64,000 nt of DNA from Candidatus Delongbacteria bacterium (lineage in GTDB: Bacteria; CAIWAD01), in contig OY760505.1 in NCBI GenBank assembly GCA_963663545.1, positions 2,656,001 through 2,720,000 of the forward strand, written 5' to 3'. The position numbers and the translations under genes are program-made. Below, piece by piece: positions 62,601-64,000 of the stretch (its first letter is position 1; the number at the start of each line of letters is the position of its first letter). A model generated the notes under the pieces. The model had not been told where the DNA came from. It made no database searches and saw nothing but the letters and a program-made list of their open reading frames with translations.

Positions 62601-64000
62601 ACGATTGGGTCCTGCACGATTCCAACATGAGCCACAGCTTTGCTCTACATGACGCGTGTTTGGATGCCGGGGCCTACTTGGTCTTGGCCGAGGATATCGA
62701 CGCATTCATCGGAGTCTATGGCGAGAATGTGCCGGTAATTGGCAGCTTTGATTTCGGATTAAGTTCGAGTTCTGATTGTGTTCGGCTAACCAATCCACAA
62801 GGACAGCTATTAGTTGACGTCTGCTATTCAAACGGGACTCCTTGGCCTGAGCTTGCGCCCAACACAGGTTATAGCTTTGAGCTTTTCGACATAGAGGGAG
62901 TGCAAGACGATCCGGCCAACTGGATCGCATCCAGCGAAGCCTTGGGCAGTCCCGGCCTTGCTTCAGGATCAACGCTGCTTCCCGTTCTGGAGATGGACGG
63001 CGCTATGCGGCAAGACACACTCTGCCTTGCTAGCCCATTTCTATGGGATACTCTTCTGGTTCGAAACGTAGCTTCAACCGGTGGCGGCAATTTGCTGCTG
63101 TCGCGCACAGATGCCGATTCTCTTTCTCACCGCAGTTGGCTTCATCTCGACGGTACAGGAGGCCACGTATGCTGTGATACATCCCTTGCCGCTCCGGCAG
63201 TAAGCTATTACATGCGATTGCGTCCTGACTTCGACTACTTCGATACTTACCCATCAGGTGAGCGTTACGGTCTGTTTGGCTGGAATACAAACGGTGAGTT
63301 GGCGGAATTCACCTACGGTGGGTTGAAGCTATTAGTTAAAGGCGCCGGAACAGAATACTATTTGACATTCCAGCCTATGGGTCTGGTGGAGGGTGAATGG
63401 TGCGACATGCTTCTCACGCTCAATTCAGCGGCAGGTCTAATAGATCTGTATATAAATGGTGTGCTTGAATACAGTATGTCAGTAGCACCATGGCAGCAGC
63501 TGGAGCGAAGCACGTTCCGATTTGGAAGAAGGTCTTCGCCCTCTATCTTCAAGGGAGATATTGAGTCGTTCGCTTTATGGAACCAAGCCTTGGGAGTCGA
63601 GGAGGTAACTCTTCTTGCTCAGGGTATGCAACCGCAATATTTGCGGCGCGAGGTGTTGGTGGCTTCCTATCAATTTGATCGCTTCGAGGGAAATTTCGCG
63701 CTAGACGATAGCCCGAATAAACTTAATGGTCAATTGGTCTATTGTACTCCAGCGGACCACTTCCAGATGCAGATCCCAGCTCTTTCTGCCCCTTCTTCCG
63801 TATTGATCCACTCGGGCTCGACGCAAGCGTTGCCCATTTTCCTCTCATTGCAGGATCTTGACCCAGGACTGCATGATCTTACACTTACATACCAGACGAA
63901 CGATCCTTTGATGCAAGAGGCCACGCTTGTATATCGAATCCTGCTTGATAGTATGGGGGCTCTACCTACTCAGCTACGTATCATTAGAGATAACAACCAT
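59606..64000 (+). CDS. Large secreted multidomain protein: LTD-LTD-FN3-associated-CotH kinase-LTD-LamG, 3' end truncated by the window edge (at least 1465 aa)
   Basis: Absent from the ORF track because there is no stop in the window. RBS GGAGG, then MRTLYTVVLLATLTPMLAVAQ signal. LTD motifs VVNEILADN..DDWIEIYN, INEFLCSN..DWIELYN and VTEF..DWVELYN. YWTTDGS, CotH motifs (YWGIMNIRDK, NWDWPGNN, WRWILFDVD), and LYING..FKGDIESFALWNQAL. Frame spot-checked in several segments. Confidence 0.85.
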   Translation, partial: MRTLYTVVLLATLTPMLAVAQTPVVNEILADNETILADDAGEYDDWIEIYNPGSSELQLAGMYFSDDFTDPQKFHLLPSDSSQTLVAPHGFLVLWCDGDPEQGPRHLDFSLGASGEEILITAADGSTLLEHIEFGQQQEDISIGRVPDGSSSIVSLTEPSPGASNGGGVLGIQINEFLCSNDSLLMTSDGEDYDWIELYNPLSTSLDGSEFYLSDDPAQPLMWQMPAVSIPAGQFFLVWASGLNSRDPEEAHTNFKLSSDSGFIGIYNALGEMQDCVSYDEQRCNISYGRPSGTPQEWAYFDVVTPLLENPTQGYAGFTPNPGIALPSGFYSGSVQVALQSNGGSVYWTTDGSVPDAQDDAYASPLTLNESTVVRARAFQSGLLPSRTVTCSYLLGFETDLPVVSLSMDPVDLWSDSTGIYVLGPNAEDTVPYFGANFWQDWEKAGHFEYFVNENRVADVDLGVKIAGNWSRYMPQKSMNLHCRSRYGGEDIEYPIFPDSQVNVFSHIKLRSSSQDYNRSKILDAYAQGLAKELDLEDQSYQPCVMFLNGQYWGIMNIRDKVGGDYLAYRQGVDPDRVDILDNTGTLINIVEGNNAAFQHLLNYLENHSLVDLSAYQYVESCVDIDEYIDYLIVEIFSANWDWPGNNHRFWRSQDGGRWRWILFDVDAGFFPSMLEENMLNHLMGEDEGPYNPPATTLLFRRLVENQEFCSKFIHRCSDILETCYEPGYADSLLDAYADRIESEIPRHLERWDSSGRDWAGYVESLRTFTHQRVPILQQQFVEFFELEGLSSLTLSCEPATGGWFEINQMTPVDGSWSGTLFAGITNRIKAVPHTGFRFVAWSDGEVHEERVLDLDPGVTDLVAIFESLQTPHFMSEGVYFGNGLAGDSLVALVTVSLEGTTSDTLALVTPSWIHAQPDHFTLLEGGEQEVTLTAAITSAEAQLDDLLLSTSSGGSASCWVAANVLPIVTEFKFQDTAQEVAGDWVELYNPYATSIHLDDWVLHDSNMSHSFALHDACLDAGAYLVLAEDIDAFIGVYGENVPVIGSFDFGLSSSSDCVRLTNPQGQLLVDVCYSNGTPWPELAPNTGYSFELFDIEGVQDDPANWIASSEALGSPGLASGSTLLPVLEMDGAMRQDTLCLASPFLWDTLLVRNVASTGGGNLLLSRTDADSLSHRSWLHLDGTGGHVCCDTSLAAPAVSYYMRLRPDFDYFDTYPSGERYGLFGWNTNGELAEFTYGGLKLLVKGAGTEYYLTFQPMGLVEGEWCDMLLTLNSAAGLIDLYINGVLEYSMSVAPWQQLERSTFRFGRRSSPSIFKGDIESFALWNQALGVEEVTLLAQGMQPQYLRREVLVASYQFDRFEGNFALDDSPNKLNGQLVYCTPADHFQMQIPALSAPSSVLIHSGSTQALPIFLSLQDLDPGLHDLTLTYQTNDPLMQEATLVYRILLDSMGALPTQLRIIRDNNH

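Noticed and set aside
59700..63924. Many short ORFs listed in the last 4.3 kb
   Set aside because: All are off-frame or antisense to the single long CotH-domain frame.
1..64000. CRISPR array, tRNA, rRNA or integron
   Set aside because: No regularly spaced repeats or recognisable RNA gene signatures were seen. The heptamer is irregularly spaced and intragenic.

Overview
A gene-dense chromosomal segment from a GC-rich diderm bacterium (LpxH, PBP1A and ClpB present). FCB-group affinity is only an inference from the secreted lamin-tail/CotH protein. The left part (1-28.4 kb) is housekeeping: a glycogen catabolism operon (glgP, glgX), peptidases, MATE, a degenerate beta-CASP protein, proline dehydrogenase, a RAYT-type Y1 transposase with an adjacent 11-bp palindrome array, folC-like, CoA-disulfide reductase-like, clpB, lpxH, PBP1A, menG/ubiE and plsC-like genes. 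The right part (28.5-59.4 kb) is a mosaic Wzx/Wzy-type surface-glycan locus. It has two MBOAT+SGNH O-acylation pairs (one inserted between 113-bp direct repeats of the wecB 3' end, with IS debris), wecB, a UDP-uronate epimerase, wza, an ExeA-LysM ATPase, a split Wzc with a Walker-A-deficient kinase, wzy, wzx, six glycosyltransferases, CapK-like, heparinase II/III-like and two atypical AsnB-like genes. A large secreted LTD-CotH-LamG gene, missing from the ORF track, runs off the right end. The most striking unexplained signal is a highly iterated quasi-palindromic heptamer, GTGAYAC/GTRTCAC (part of a wider GTRNYAC family). It saturates the core genes in all reading frames and drops to near background in the glycan island. 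All counts are by eye, and no database searches were run.
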